Source of the DNA: an uncultured Gammaproteobacteria bacterium
GTDB lineage: Bacteria; Patescibacteriota; Microgenomatia; UBA10105; UBA927
Length of the DNA stretch: 64,000 bases
Assembly (NCBI GenBank): GCA_964621305.1
Contig: CAZUOM010000007.1
Coordinates: 5,422 to 69,421, forward strand
Reading direction: 5' to 3'
Shown here: positions 9,767-19,536 of the stretch, in pieces
How the letters are laid out: every line of letters starts with the position of its first letter
Numbering within the stretch: the stretch's first letter is position 1
Program-made: the position numbers and the translations under genes
Notes under the pieces: generated by a model
What the model was told of the DNA's origin: nothing
What the model saw: only the letters and a program-made list of their open reading frames with translations
Database searches by the model: none

Positions 9767-11757
9767 GAAAGTTTTTTCTTCCGCTACTTCTATGCGGAGC
9801 CGTTGTAACTATCGTTTTTGGAAAAGCATTGTTTCCGGCGCCTGATCAGCTTATTTTTGGCGACGACGTACACCGGCAATATTATTTTTTTCGCCAGTAT
9901 TTTAATAATTCGATTCGCGAAGGGGCAGTCCCGTGGTGGAACCCGTATGTTTTTTCCGGTACTCCTTTTTTGGCAAATGCTCAAGTTTCGATGCTCTATC
10001 CCCTTAACTGGCTGTATGTAATTTTACCTCTTAATATCGCCTACTCTTGGTATTTTGCCATTCATGTTTTTATTGCCATGGTAACCATGTATTGGTTAGC
10101 CAAAGCGATGATGGGTAAAATATGCGGTTGGACCGCAGGAATTGTATTTGGACTGTCCGGTTATTTTATGGCTCGCACGATGGCAGGACAACCGGATGTT
10201 GTGGCTGCTGCCTCTTGGGCGCCTTTGGTTATCGGACTATTTATTAAAGTTATCAATGAAAAGACAGTAAGATCGATACTTCTTGCGGCAGCCGGGTTGG
10301 CAGTGCAGCTTTCAACAGGTTATCAAATCGTTACGCTTTTTACCTTAGAAGCGGTCGCGATCATTGTTTTTATCAACATTATTAAAGAGAAATCTTTACG
10401 TATGGCTTTACCGGTTATTGGAGCAGTTGTTCTTGCGTTGGGTTTGGCGGCAGTCCAACTTTTGCCTCAGCAAGAATTTTTCCGGCATTCAATTAGAACC
10501 GTTGATTTACCTTATAAATTTACAGCTAGTGGCGCCCATTCCCTGCGTGAGATGGTTACCCTTATTGACCCTTTTGCGCTGGGGGGCTATAACGACTATC
10601 AAGGATCTCCTCCCAATTATCACGAGCACGCCATTTATGTAGGAAAAGTAGCCCTTATTTTGGCTATCCTCGCGTTTGTTCTAGGTAGAGCTAAACCTTT
10701 TACACTCATTGCACTTTTTAGCGTCTGGGTATCGTTTGGGGCGAATGCGCCGGTAGATTTGCAATATCTTCTTTGGAAATTTACTCCGTTTTACCACTAC
10801 ATTCGTATCCCTTCCCGACACCTGGTTCTCTTTGTGTTAAGTGCCAGCATCCTTACCGGCTTTGGGTTGTCGCTTATTCGGAGTAGAGTAATCCAAATTT
10901 TTTTATCAGCAGTTATTATTCTTGAACTCGTGTTGGTTGGTCGAAATTTTATAGCTCTGGAAAAGTTACCAGAGTATCGGCATGATCAAGAACTTGTAAA
11001 CTTACTGAAATCAGATAGAGAGCTTTCTCGGGTTATCCAAAATTTTGGCGTGTGGGTGGTGCCGCGTGATAGGTTAGATTTTGGCAGCGCGATGAATTAT
11101 AAATTCTTTTCTGCAACCGGCTATGACCCATCGATTTTACGTAATTACTATGAATTTATAGACGCGGCTAATGGTGCTAAAGAGCCTAGCGTTATGAAGC
11201 ACAACGTGCAAGTTCCTTACTTAAACCCCAATTCTCCATACCTTAATTTTCTCAACATTAAATATGTTCTAGTGAACCCTGATTATGATCCGTTTGGAGG
11301 AAAATCAACTGATAGATTTAAATTAATCCTTGATAAAAAAGAAAAAACGTACAGGCTCTATGAAAATAAAGCCGTCCTTCCGCGATTCTTTTTATCAGAC
11401 TGCGGTGATACGGTTTCGGAACCGGTTGAAGTTAACAAATACTCAGGCAGTCAAATTGAACTAACTTCGAGTGCGACCTGTGATACAAAGCTTATATCAA
11501 GCGAAGTAATGTATCCTGGCTGGGAGGCAGCTATCGATGGCAGAAAGACCGCGGTATTAGCAACAAATCATGCGTTTCGATCGCTTCTAGTCCCGAAAGG
11601 CAGGCATAGCATAAAATTTTATTTTTTCCCACGAATTTACATCATTGGCGGTGTAATTTCTTTAGTGACTTTTCTAATTTGTTTACTTTTTTGGCACAAA
11701 GATAAAGAGGCCCGGGTTTTCATGGAAAACCTCAAGAAACGGATAAAATCTGTTTAG
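9763..11757 (+). CDS. YfhO-family membrane protein (GT-C fold)
   Basis: 'PWWNPYVFSGTPFLAN', 'RIPSR', 'SEVMYPGWEAAIDG', C-terminal TM. Confidence 0.85.
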   Translation: MRKFFLPLLLCGAVVTIVFGKALFPAPDQLIFGDDVHRQYYFFRQYFNNSIREGAVPWWNPYVFSGTPFLANAQVSMLYPLNWLYVILPLNIAYSWYFAIHVFIAMVTMYWLAKAMMGKICGWTAGIVFGLSGYFMARTMAGQPDVVAAASWAPLVIGLFIKVINEKTVRSILLAAAGLAVQLSTGYQIVTLFTLEAVAIIVFINIIKEKSLRMALPVIGAVVLALGLAAVQLLPQQEFFRHSIRTVDLPYKFTASGAHSLREMVTLIDPFALGGYNDYQGSPPNYHEHAIYVGKVALILAILAFVLGRAKPFTLIALFSVWVSFGANAPVDLQYLLWKFTPFYHYIRIPSRHLVLFVLSASILTGFGLSLIRSRVIQIFLSAVIILELVLVGRNFIALEKLPEYRHDQELVNLLKSDRELSRVIQNFGVWVVPRDRLDFGSAMNYKFFSATGYDPSILRNYYEFIDAANGAKEPSVMKHNVQVPYLNPNSPYLNFLNIKYVLVNPDYDPFGGKSTDRFKLILDKKEKTYRLYENKAVLPRFFLSDCGDTVSEPVEVNKYSGSQIELTSSATCDTKLISSEVMYPGWEAAIDGRKTAVLATNHAFRSLLVPKGRHSIKFYFFPRIYIIGGVISLVTFLICLLFWHKDKEARVFMENLKKRIKSV

Positions 11758-13245
11758 ATCATTTGGCCCGTCTTGTTTATTCCAAAGAATATAACCAATG
11801 TTGTTTTTGGTCAGAAACTCTTGGGCTTGACCTTCCTTCATGAATCCAGAGTAAAAATCAAAAACCTCTTTAACTTTGCGATCGTAATCGTAGGTTAGGG
11901 TTCTATGTGCTGAATAGGTAGTAAGACCCGTGATAACCGGTACAAAAAATTCCAAATTATTTGTAGCCAAAACCACTCGATAGTCCTGCTTGTCTTTAAG
12001 GGAGGCCAACCCTTTATAAATGTCTTTATTTAAATAATTGAGCGGTGATGGAAGGTAATAAGAGGAAATTTTTTCTTTTAACTCTATTGCCAGGGGCGGC
12101 AGCTGTAGAAGAAAAAATCCTGCGAGTATTCCCGCGGCAACCCAAGCACGTAAGTTTTTTTTAAACAAGTTTCCAATAGCAATAACACCGAGATAGCTCA
12201 TTGCTCCAAGAAATACATATGCTGGAGGCTGTAAAAAGCGAAACACCGGCAGCTTAAAGAGAGCGGGAAGTGTAGAAAAATAAATTAGTATTGGAGCAAA
12301 AGCAAATAGACCGCCAAAAATTCTAAGTGGTGATTTTACTGAAAAAAAGGATTTTAATCCAACAAAGACTAGTGGCACTACGGCTCCCATCGAAAGAAGG
12401 AGAGTTAACGGCGCAACCGGAGCAAAACTAGTTTCCCATGAGCGCATCCACTGATAGAAAAAATGGGAAAAAGCCTGTTTCTCATGGATGACAATAGGAA
12501 GAGCAGTTGCCAAACTAAATAAAAGGGGAGTAAATAATTTTAGATTACCAAAATATACTAACCCTAAAAATATTACCAATGTATCGACTAGGAAATAAAC
12601 TGGAGCAATAATAAATAGAAACGTGAATGATAAAACTATTAAAACAGTCCATTTCCAAACAGGGGACTGGATAAATTGACTATATGTGTAGATAACTAGT
12701 AGCGAGAGAATATTTTGGGCGATCAAATGAGAAACTCCACCCAGACGGTTAAAAGCTGTTGTGTACGCATAAAAATAGGTTATGGGAGTTATTGCCGGCG
12801 GATTTGTTGATATGGTAAAAAAATTTGTACTCACCAGCGCAATTAGGAGACTAATTATGGCTCTCACCTTATTGTTTAGGAATAATGCTTGCAGTACTAA
12901 ATACATAAGGATAATGTAAAGGAAGCTCAAAATAACAACGCTAGCATCATAAACAAGCCAGGGGTATAGACCTGTAAGGCCAACAATTTTTCCGAGTATT
13001 ATGTTGTACCACCAAATCAAAGTCTGAGGGATAGCCTCGGTTGTAAATGAATTGCCAGTGAGCCACGCGCCCATTGCGCCCTGAGTTAAATGTGAAAGAT
13101 AAAAAAAGTAGTCCTCATACCAATGGGTGATTCCGATGTAGATTGTATTTACCGGCTGTTGTATCTTATAGACGATAAGCGCTAGGGAGTTAAGCATGGT
13201 GAATATTAGTGAGATAATCAAAACCAGAATCATAGATAGAGTCAT
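11683..13245 (-). CDS. GT-C-type multi-pass membrane protein
   Basis: 'EDYFFYLSHLTQG…FTTE'; close paralog of 31594..33102. Confidence 0.75.
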   Translation of the reverse strand: MTLSMILVLIISLIFTMLNSLALIVYKIQQPVNTIYIGITHWYEDYFFYLSHLTQGAMGAWLTGNSFTTEAIPQTLIWWYNIILGKIVGLTGLYPWLVYDASVVILSFLYIILMYLVLQALFLNNKVRAIISLLIALVSTNFFTISTNPPAITPITYFYAYTTAFNRLGGVSHLIAQNILSLLVIYTYSQFIQSPVWKWTVLIVLSFTFLFIIAPVYFLVDTLVIFLGLVYFGNLKLFTPLLFSLATALPIVIHEKQAFSHFFYQWMRSWETSFAPVAPLTLLLSMGAVVPLVFVGLKSFFSVKSPLRIFGGLFAFAPILIYFSTLPALFKLPVFRFLQPPAYVFLGAMSYLGVIAIGNLFKKNLRAWVAAGILAGFFLLQLPPLAIELKEKISSYYLPSPLNYLNKDIYKGLASLKDKQDYRVVLATNNLEFFVPVITGLTTYSAHRTLTYDYDRKVKEVFDFYSGFMKEGQAQEFLTKNNIGYILWNKQDGPNDLNRFYPFLEVFHENPGLFIFVPKK

Positions 13246-13248
13246 TAT

Positions 13249-15921
13249 ATGAGATATTCAAAGCTTATTGCTCTTTGTTCTTATGCGGTCATCGTCGTTA
13301 TTGTTTTTTCTCCTATTCTTTTTCCGCCGGCAGGTATGTTGTTATTCGGCAGTGATATCCACAGATCCTATCATTTTTTCCGGCAACTATTTCATGACTC
13401 TATTAGTACAGGACAATTTCCGTGGTGGAATCCGTACCTTTTTTCCGGAGAGCCACTAATCGCTAACCCCTCGGTTGCATTCTGGTACCCATTCAACTGG
13501 CTGTTTGCAGTTCTTCCGTACAGATTTGTTTACTCGTGGATTATTCCGATTCATATTTTTATTGCAATGACGGGAATGTACGTTTTTAGTTCAAAATTCA
13601 AAATTCAAAATTCAAAATTAGAAGAAAAGGTAGAAACACCATTTGATTTTGGTGCTTTTATTGCCGGTTTAATCTTTGGATTAAGTGGGTATTTCATGGG
13701 AAGGATTTGGGAAGGACATGTGGAGCTAATTCTTGCGGCAAGCTGGATGCCGTGGGTTATATTTACAAATGTCCAATGCCAAATGTCCAATGCCAAATGG
13801 AAAACACAATGTGTTATCGCAGCAGTTGTGTTTGCCATACAGCTTTATGCCGGGTATCACACCATTGCCTTATTTACACTAGAAGCGGTGTTAATTGTTA
13901 CATTGTTACACTGTTACATTGTTAAAAACATTAGGCCGCTTTTGCCGGCGATACTCTCTATAATCATTGGGTTAGGTTTGGCTGGACTTCAGATTATTCC
14001 CTCTCAGGAGTTTTTTAGTCGAAGCATTCGGACGTATGAACTTCCTTATTCATGGGCTGTCTTCGGTTCATACACGGTTGAAAACCTCAAGCAGATTTTT
14101 CAGCCGTTTATTCTGGGTGGGCCAGAGAGCTACAGCGGTCCAAGTCCCAATTTCGGTGAAATGGCGGCATACATCGGTGTTGTCCCGTTGGTGCTTGCTC
14201 TTCTTGGTATTGTGTGGGCAATAAAGCGCCGCGCGTGGATTTCAATTGCCATGATGGTTATTGCACTTTTTGGGTTATGGATTTCATTCGGTTGGAATGC
14301 TCCCGTGGATCTGAATAAAATCCTTTGGGACAGTGTCCCTACATATAAGTATCTGCGCATTCCGTCGCGGCACCTCATTCTTTTTGTTTTCGGTATGAGC
14401 TTCCTCGCCGGCGTCGGCCTTAGCTTCGCAAGGAGAGTCCTTGCGAAGCTAATTATTTCTCTGGTTATTGTTGTTGATCTGGTGTGGTTTGCTAAAACGT
14501 TTGTTACTCTTGCGCCCGATCCTTCCACACGGCACAGTAAAGAGCTTGTTGGTTATCTGCAAAAAAATTTGGGACTGGCGAGAATTTTGCCGAACTTTAA
14601 TGTCGGGATGGGAACGCGAGACGCTCTCGATTTCGATGCAGCAATGGGGTATAAATTTTTTTCCGCTTCCGGTTACGACCCGTCGATTCTGCGTAATTAC
14701 TACGAATTTGCGGCAGCCGCAGGGAAAATAGAAAACCCGGATGTCCAGCGAAGTGACGTTCAAATTCCATATCTAGTTCCCCAGTCTAGATACACTGACT
14801 TTCTTAATATCAAATATATTTTTGTTCCGTCGTGGTTTGACTCAGTTGCGGGATCATCAAAATTTTCTCCGGTGCTGGCAGAAAATATAAAAGATTTCTG
14901 GAAACTCTATGAAAATAAAAACATCTTTCCTCGGTTCTTTCTTGCGCCGTCGCTTGTAGTTTTCCCGACTCGAGACGGTGTTGCCCGGGCAATAAGAAAC
15001 GAGGATTATAATCCATCGGAGACAATATTGGTTGAAAGTTCAAGTATCAAAAATCAAAGTTTTTCACCAAGCTGTTTAGAAAAAAACCTTCCTCCTCCCG
15101 AAGTGCTTTCCTATTCTTACAATCGGATCGAGCTACTTACAAGTTCCTCATGTAATGCCTTTCTGGCAACTAGTGAGGTGATGTATCCCGGCTGGAGTGC
15201 AACTATTGACGGGAAAAAAACAGAGATTTTCGAGGGAAACCTTGCCTTTCGAACGCTCTGGGTGCCGGCGGGGGAACACAACATTGTTTTACAATATCAA
15301 CCCTGGATTTTTGTCGTAGGTTTTTTCGTGAGCATTGCGACAGTGGCAGGGTGTTTGATTTGGACCAAAAAGTCGGCACACAGTGTATTGGTGGTTCTGG
15401 ATCGGGACGGAACACTTATCAGAAACGAAGGATTTATTGGACGTGGAGACAAATGGATGAGTGAACTTGTCATTAATGCGCCTGTAGTGTGTTTTCTTTC
15501 TTATATACAATCCAAATATAAAACGATGATGATAGTTGTTAGCAATCAATCGGGCGTGGCCAGAGGGTATTTTGACGAAAAGCGAATCCGTGAGGTCAAC
15601 GAAGCAATCAATGAGCTTTTGAAAAAACAAGGCATTACCATAGATGGTTGGCAGTTTTGTCCGGATGTGGATGCGGTCTACGCGAAGGCTCGGCCCGAAA
15701 TTTTTTGGAACAAGCAGTACGTGAAAACGGCGACGAAACGAAAACCAGCAACCAAAATGGTTGACGACGCGCTTGGGCAACTTGGCAAAAAGATCGGAGA
15801 TTTTGACACGACGATTGTTTTAGGCAATAGCGAAGATGACGCGGAACTTGCCCGGGTCCTTGGCGCTGTCTGGATTGATGTCCGTGGGGCTAGCTATGAG
15901 AAGCTTGTTGCGTATCTATGA
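13249..15921 (+). CDS. YfhO-family protein fused to a C-terminal HAD-IIIA (GmhB-like) phosphatase
   Basis: YfhO motifs as in 9763; after the last TM: 'VLDRDGTLI', 'VVSNQSGVARG', 'RKP', 'GNSEDD'. Confidence 0.85.
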   Translation: MRYSKLIALCSYAVIVVIVFSPILFPPAGMLLFGSDIHRSYHFFRQLFHDSISTGQFPWWNPYLFSGEPLIANPSVAFWYPFNWLFAVLPYRFVYSWIIPIHIFIAMTGMYVFSSKFKIQNSKLEEKVETPFDFGAFIAGLIFGLSGYFMGRIWEGHVELILAASWMPWVIFTNVQCQMSNAKWKTQCVIAAVVFAIQLYAGYHTIALFTLEAVLIVTLLHCYIVKNIRPLLPAILSIIIGLGLAGLQIIPSQEFFSRSIRTYELPYSWAVFGSYTVENLKQIFQPFILGGPESYSGPSPNFGEMAAYIGVVPLVLALLGIVWAIKRRAWISIAMMVIALFGLWISFGWNAPVDLNKILWDSVPTYKYLRIPSRHLILFVFGMSFLAGVGLSFARRVLAKLIISLVIVVDLVWFAKTFVTLAPDPSTRHSKELVGYLQKNLGLARILPNFNVGMGTRDALDFDAAMGYKFFSASGYDPSILRNYYEFAAAAGKIENPDVQRSDVQIPYLVPQSRYTDFLNIKYIFVPSWFDSVAGSSKFSPVLAENIKDFWKLYENKNIFPRFFLAPSLVVFPTRDGVARAIRNEDYNPSETILVESSSIKNQSFSPSCLEKNLPPPEVLSYSYNRIELLTSSSCNAFLATSEVMYPGWSATIDGKKTEIFEGNLAFRTLWVPAGEHNIVLQYQPWIFVVGFFVSIATVAGCLIWTKKSAHSVLVVLDRDGTLIRNEGFIGRGDKWMSELVINAPVVCFLSYIQSKYKTMMIVVSNQSGVARGYFDEKRIREVNEAINELLKKQGITIDGWQFCPDVDAVYAKARPEIFWNKQYVKTATKRKPATKMVDDALGQLGKKIGDFDTTIVLGNSEDDAELARVLGAVWIDVRGASYEKLVAYL
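13590..13619 (+). repeat. (TTCAAAA)x4 tandem heptamer within CDS
   Basis: Four perfect units + TT; encodes SKFKIQNSKL. Confidence 0.95.
13766..13800 (+). repeat. Alternating heptamers CAAATGT/CCAATGC x5 within CDS
   Basis: caaatgt ccaatgc caaatgt ccaatgc caaatgg; encodes NVQCQMSNAKW. Confidence 0.9.
13894..13924 (+). repeat. (ATTGTTAC)x~4 tandem octamer within CDS
   Basis: attgttac attgttac actgttac attgtta; encodes IVTLLHCYIV. Confidence 0.9.
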
Positions 15922-18107
15922 AACTCCTCTTTCCGTTTTTGGCCTACGCAGTCGTCGTTCTTTTTGTATTTGATAAGGCATTGTATCCGAGTCAGAACGA
16001 AGTTATCTTCGGCCCGGATATCTGGCGATACCACTATTTTCAGCGTCCGTTCCTGGGCGAGTCGTTTCGAAGTGGCATCGTCCCATGGTGGAACCCGTAT
16101 ATCATGGGCGGTCAGCCATATCTGGAGCAGCCGCAGATTACGACGTGGTATTTACCAAACCTACTCTTTACGATCTTGCCAGCAAACAGGGCCATTTCTT
16201 GGTACTTGGCCCTTCATATTTTCTGGGCGATGGCGGGGATATACTTATTCATTTCAAATTTCAAATTTCAAATTTCAAATTTAGCTGCGTGGGCGGCAGG
16301 GATTGCATTTGGTCTGTCGGGGTATTTTGCTGCACGGATCTACGCCGGACACATTGACATAATTGCGGCATCAAGTTGGTTGCCGTGGGTGATCGCTTCG
16401 GTTGTCAGTTGTCAGGCGTCAGTTGTCAGTAGAAAAAGAAATTGTGTTATTACGGCAATATTTTTTGCCATGATGCTGTTGGCCGGGCATCAGATGGTAG
16501 CCGTGTACACGGTTGAGGCAATTGGGGTAGCGGCATTGGTTTATGCAGTTGTCCAACGGTCGCTCCGGCCACTTGTGATTTCAACCGTTTCCATCGCATT
16601 GGGTTTGGGCCTTGCGGCAATTCAGATTCTCCCCAATCATCAGCTCATTGCCAACAGCATCCGGACGATTCAACTGCCGGAAGCATGGTCCGTCATCGCC
16701 ACCCCAACCGCCGCGCACTTTCTTGAGTTTATCGACCCAACGTTCTTCTACGACCGACTGCCTGATGTAGGCTTGGGACACGAACACGTCGGCTACATCG
16801 GGAAAGTGCCTTTGTTGTTTGCAATCACCACAATCCTCTTTTTCTTTCTCCGGCGGAAAAAATCTGTTGAAATTTTGATCCTTATCATCCTGTCAATATT
16901 CAGCTTGTGGGTGTGGCTCGGACCAAACGCTCCGGTTGATATGTTTGCCGTCATGCGAAAAATCCTGCCGCTCTATGGACAGATCCGGATCCCGTCCCGG
17001 CATATTGTGTTGTTTATTTTGGCGGCAAGTGCCTTGTTTGGCATCGGGATGAGCAGGGTAAAAAACACCGTCGTCAGGCTGCTGCTTTGTGCGCTGGTGC
17101 TTCTTGATCTTATTCCGTTTGCGCGGGCAAATATCCATTTGGGTCAGATACCGGAAACACGGGAAGATGGGGAATTGGTCGCATTGCTTGCGGGTGATGA
17201 GGGATTATACCGGTTCCTGCCGGATTTTTACCATGGGCAACCGTTGCGGGACGCGTTGGAGTTTGATGCTCCGATAACCAAGCGCATATTCTCCGTTTCC
17301 GGCTACGAAACGCCGCCACTGCGAAACTATTGGGAGTTTTTGTTGGCAGTCAACAACCTGGATATTGCAAAAAACCTAGATTATATTGAAACGACACCAC
17401 CGTTTATAAATATTACTTCACCGTATCTAAATTTTCTTAACGTCAAATACATTCTTACTCCCACCGGGAGTGATTCTTTAGATGCATACCCTCGTCAATT
17501 TTCCCAAATAAAAGAGAATAAAGATCGTGGATATCGGGTTTATGAAAATAAAGAGGTTTTGCCGAGATTTTATTTTGTGCAAAATGCGGTTGTTGCTGCG
17601 CGGGCTACCATTGACGAAGCCATACGCGGGGGGAGCGGCGATCCCGGGACGATGGTCTATTTGGAACAGGAAACGATGCCTATCCCACGGCCGTGTTCGC
17701 AGACCACGACCCCAACAGTATCCGTAACAACCTATCAATCCGACCGGATTCTGTTGCAAATATCCAATCCGTGCGATTCGTATCTGGTTTCATCAGAAGT
17801 CATGTATCCCGGGTGGATGGCAACCATTGACGGGAAGGAAACAAAAATTGCGGTAGGCAATCTCGCGTTCCGGACGATCTTCGTGCCGGCTGGAGACCAT
17901 ATAGTCCAAATGCAGTATCGCCCCCGCATCGTGTACCTCGGTGCGCTCGTAAGTTTGGTTAGTCTTGTTGTTTTTTTCTGGTTGATCTATGATGACGGTC
18001 ATGGAATCGCAGTCAGGAAAAGTTTGCACACTTCGTCAGCTGGGCACAATCACCCAGCGTCTGAAGAAAGCCGGAAAAAAGATTGTTCTTTGCCATGGAG
18101 TGTTTGA
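15918..18107 (+). CDS. YfhO-family membrane protein
   Basis: 'PWWNPYIMGGQP', 'RIPSRH', 'SEVMYPGWMATIDG'. Confidence 0.85.
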   Translation: MKLLFPFLAYAVVVLFVFDKALYPSQNEVIFGPDIWRYHYFQRPFLGESFRSGIVPWWNPYIMGGQPYLEQPQITTWYLPNLLFTILPANRAISWYLALHIFWAMAGIYLFISNFKFQISNLAAWAAGIAFGLSGYFAARIYAGHIDIIAASSWLPWVIASVVSCQASVVSRKRNCVITAIFFAMMLLAGHQMVAVYTVEAIGVAALVYAVVQRSLRPLVISTVSIALGLGLAAIQILPNHQLIANSIRTIQLPEAWSVIATPTAAHFLEFIDPTFFYDRLPDVGLGHEHVGYIGKVPLLFAITTILFFFLRRKKSVEILILIILSIFSLWVWLGPNAPVDMFAVMRKILPLYGQIRIPSRHIVLFILAASALFGIGMSRVKNTVVRLLLCALVLLDLIPFARANIHLGQIPETREDGELVALLAGDEGLYRFLPDFYHGQPLRDALEFDAPITKRIFSVSGYETPPLRNYWEFLLAVNNLDIAKNLDYIETTPPFINITSPYLNFLNVKYILTPTGSDSLDAYPRQFSQIKENKDRGYRVYENKEVLPRFYFVQNAVVAARATIDEAIRGGSGDPGTMVYLEQETMPIPRPCSQTTTPTVSVTTYQSDRILLQISNPCDSYLVSSEVMYPGWMATIDGKETKIAVGNLAFRTIFVPAGDHIVQMQYRPRIVYLGALVSLVSLVVFFWLIYDDGHGIAVRKSLHTSSAGHNHPASEESRKKDCSLPWSV
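16251..16282 (+). repeat. (ATTTCAA)x4.6 tandem heptamer within CDS
   Basis: Perfect units; encodes ISNFKFQISN. Confidence 0.95.
16401..16430 (+). repeat. (GTTGTCA)x4 tandem heptamer within CDS
   Basis: gttgtca gttgtca ggcgtca gttgtca gt; encodes VVSCQASVVS. Confidence 0.9.
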
Positions 18108-19536
18108 TCTAGTACACCCCGGACACATCCGCTATTTTTCCTCTGCCAAAAAACACGGCGACATTCTCGTGGTAACACTCACGGCTGACCGGTTCGTCAG
18201 AAAAGGGCCGGGGCGGCCGGTATTTAACGAAAAACTCCGCGCAGAGTTTCTGGCAGCCATAGAGCTTGTTGACTATATCGCAGTTAGCAACAGTTACAGC
18301 GCAACGGTTGCCATCCAGGCTATCCGGCCAGACGTTTATGTGAAAGGCCCGGACTACAAATATCGAAAGCCCAACCCTTCTGTCTCCAGAAATCTCGGGA
18401 ATGAGGAAGCGGCGGTTGTCTCCGGCGGGGGAAAGCTCGTGTTCACCGATGACGTATTATTTTCCTCTTCTCATCTCATCAATGAATATATGGACGTATA
18501 CGATAAAAAAACGAAAGGTTTTTTGGATCAGCTTAAAACAACATATAGCGACGAATATTTGATTAAAAAACTCTGTTCAGTCAAACCGATAAAGGTTTTG
18601 ATTATAGGGGATGCGATTGTTGATCAGTATGTCTACTCTAATCCATTAGGAAAATCTTACAAGGAGCCGATTGTGGTCCACAAGTATTTAGAAGAAGAGA
18701 CATATGCAGGTGGGGCACTAGCAACGGCTAATCACGTAGCTGCGCTGTCGGATCACGTGAGGCTCGTGACCCTATTGGGTTCAAAACATTCCCACGAGCC
18801 GTTCATACGAAGACATTTACGAGTGGGCATCGTACCGAAATTTTTTTATCGAAGCGGCGAGTCAACCATTGTGAAGCGCCGCTATATTGATCAATATACT
18901 AACCAGAAGCTTTTTCAAATTAGTTATATCAACGATGAAGACATATCATTAGCACTTCAACGATCGGTTATGACATATTTAAAAAGGGAAATTCCCAAAC
19001 ACGATGTTGTGATAGTCAATGACTTTGGACACGGTTTTTTAACAACAAATATCATCGGATTAGTGTGCAAAGCATCCAAGTTTCTGTGTCTAAATGTGCA
19101 GGCAAATAGTGCCAACTACGGATTTCATATCATTACGAAATATCCGAGAGCGGATTTTGTCTGCATCGATGACCTAGAATTACGACTGGCTACCCACGAT
19201 CGCTCTGGTGAACAAGGAGCACTCATGAAACGGGTCTACGATAGGCTCCATTGTCAAACTATATTGGTGACCCGCGGGCCGTATGGGAGTACGATCTACT
19301 CTAAAAAAAGAGGGTGCCATGATGTACCATCTTTTGCCGGTTCCATTGTCGACCGCATGGGTGCTGGTGACGCACTTTTTTCTATCGTTTCGCCCTTGGC
19401 TTATTTGGGTGTTGCACAAAAAGCGATTGCCTTTATAGGCAACGTTGCTGCTGCTTTAAAAATTCAGACCGTGGGCAATAGAACACCGATTGATTTTATG
19501 GAGCTGACGAAATTTATTACCAGACTGCTCAAATAA
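17989..19536 (+). CDS. Bifunctional nucleotidyltransferase + PfkB sugar kinase (HldE/RfaE-like, reversed domain order)
   Basis: N-terminal 'HGVFDLVHPGH' (HxGH) and 'KGPGRP'; C-terminal 'VDRMGAGD'. Confidence 0.85.
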   Translation: MMTVMESQSGKVCTLRQLGTITQRLKKAGKKIVLCHGVFDLVHPGHIRYFSSAKKHGDILVVTLTADRFVRKGPGRPVFNEKLRAEFLAAIELVDYIAVSNSYSATVAIQAIRPDVYVKGPDYKYRKPNPSVSRNLGNEEAAVVSGGGKLVFTDDVLFSSSHLINEYMDVYDKKTKGFLDQLKTTYSDEYLIKKLCSVKPIKVLIIGDAIVDQYVYSNPLGKSYKEPIVVHKYLEEETYAGGALATANHVAALSDHVRLVTLLGSKHSHEPFIRRHLRVGIVPKFFYRSGESTIVKRRYIDQYTNQKLFQISYINDEDISLALQRSVMTYLKREIPKHDVVIVNDFGHGFLTTNIIGLVCKASKFLCLNVQANSANYGFHIITKYPRADFVCIDDLELRLATHDRSGEQGALMKRVYDRLHCQTILVTRGPYGSTIYSKKRGCHDVPSFAGSIVDRMGAGDALFSIVSPLAYLGVAQKAIAFIGNVAAALKIQTVGNRTPIDFMELTKFITRLLK

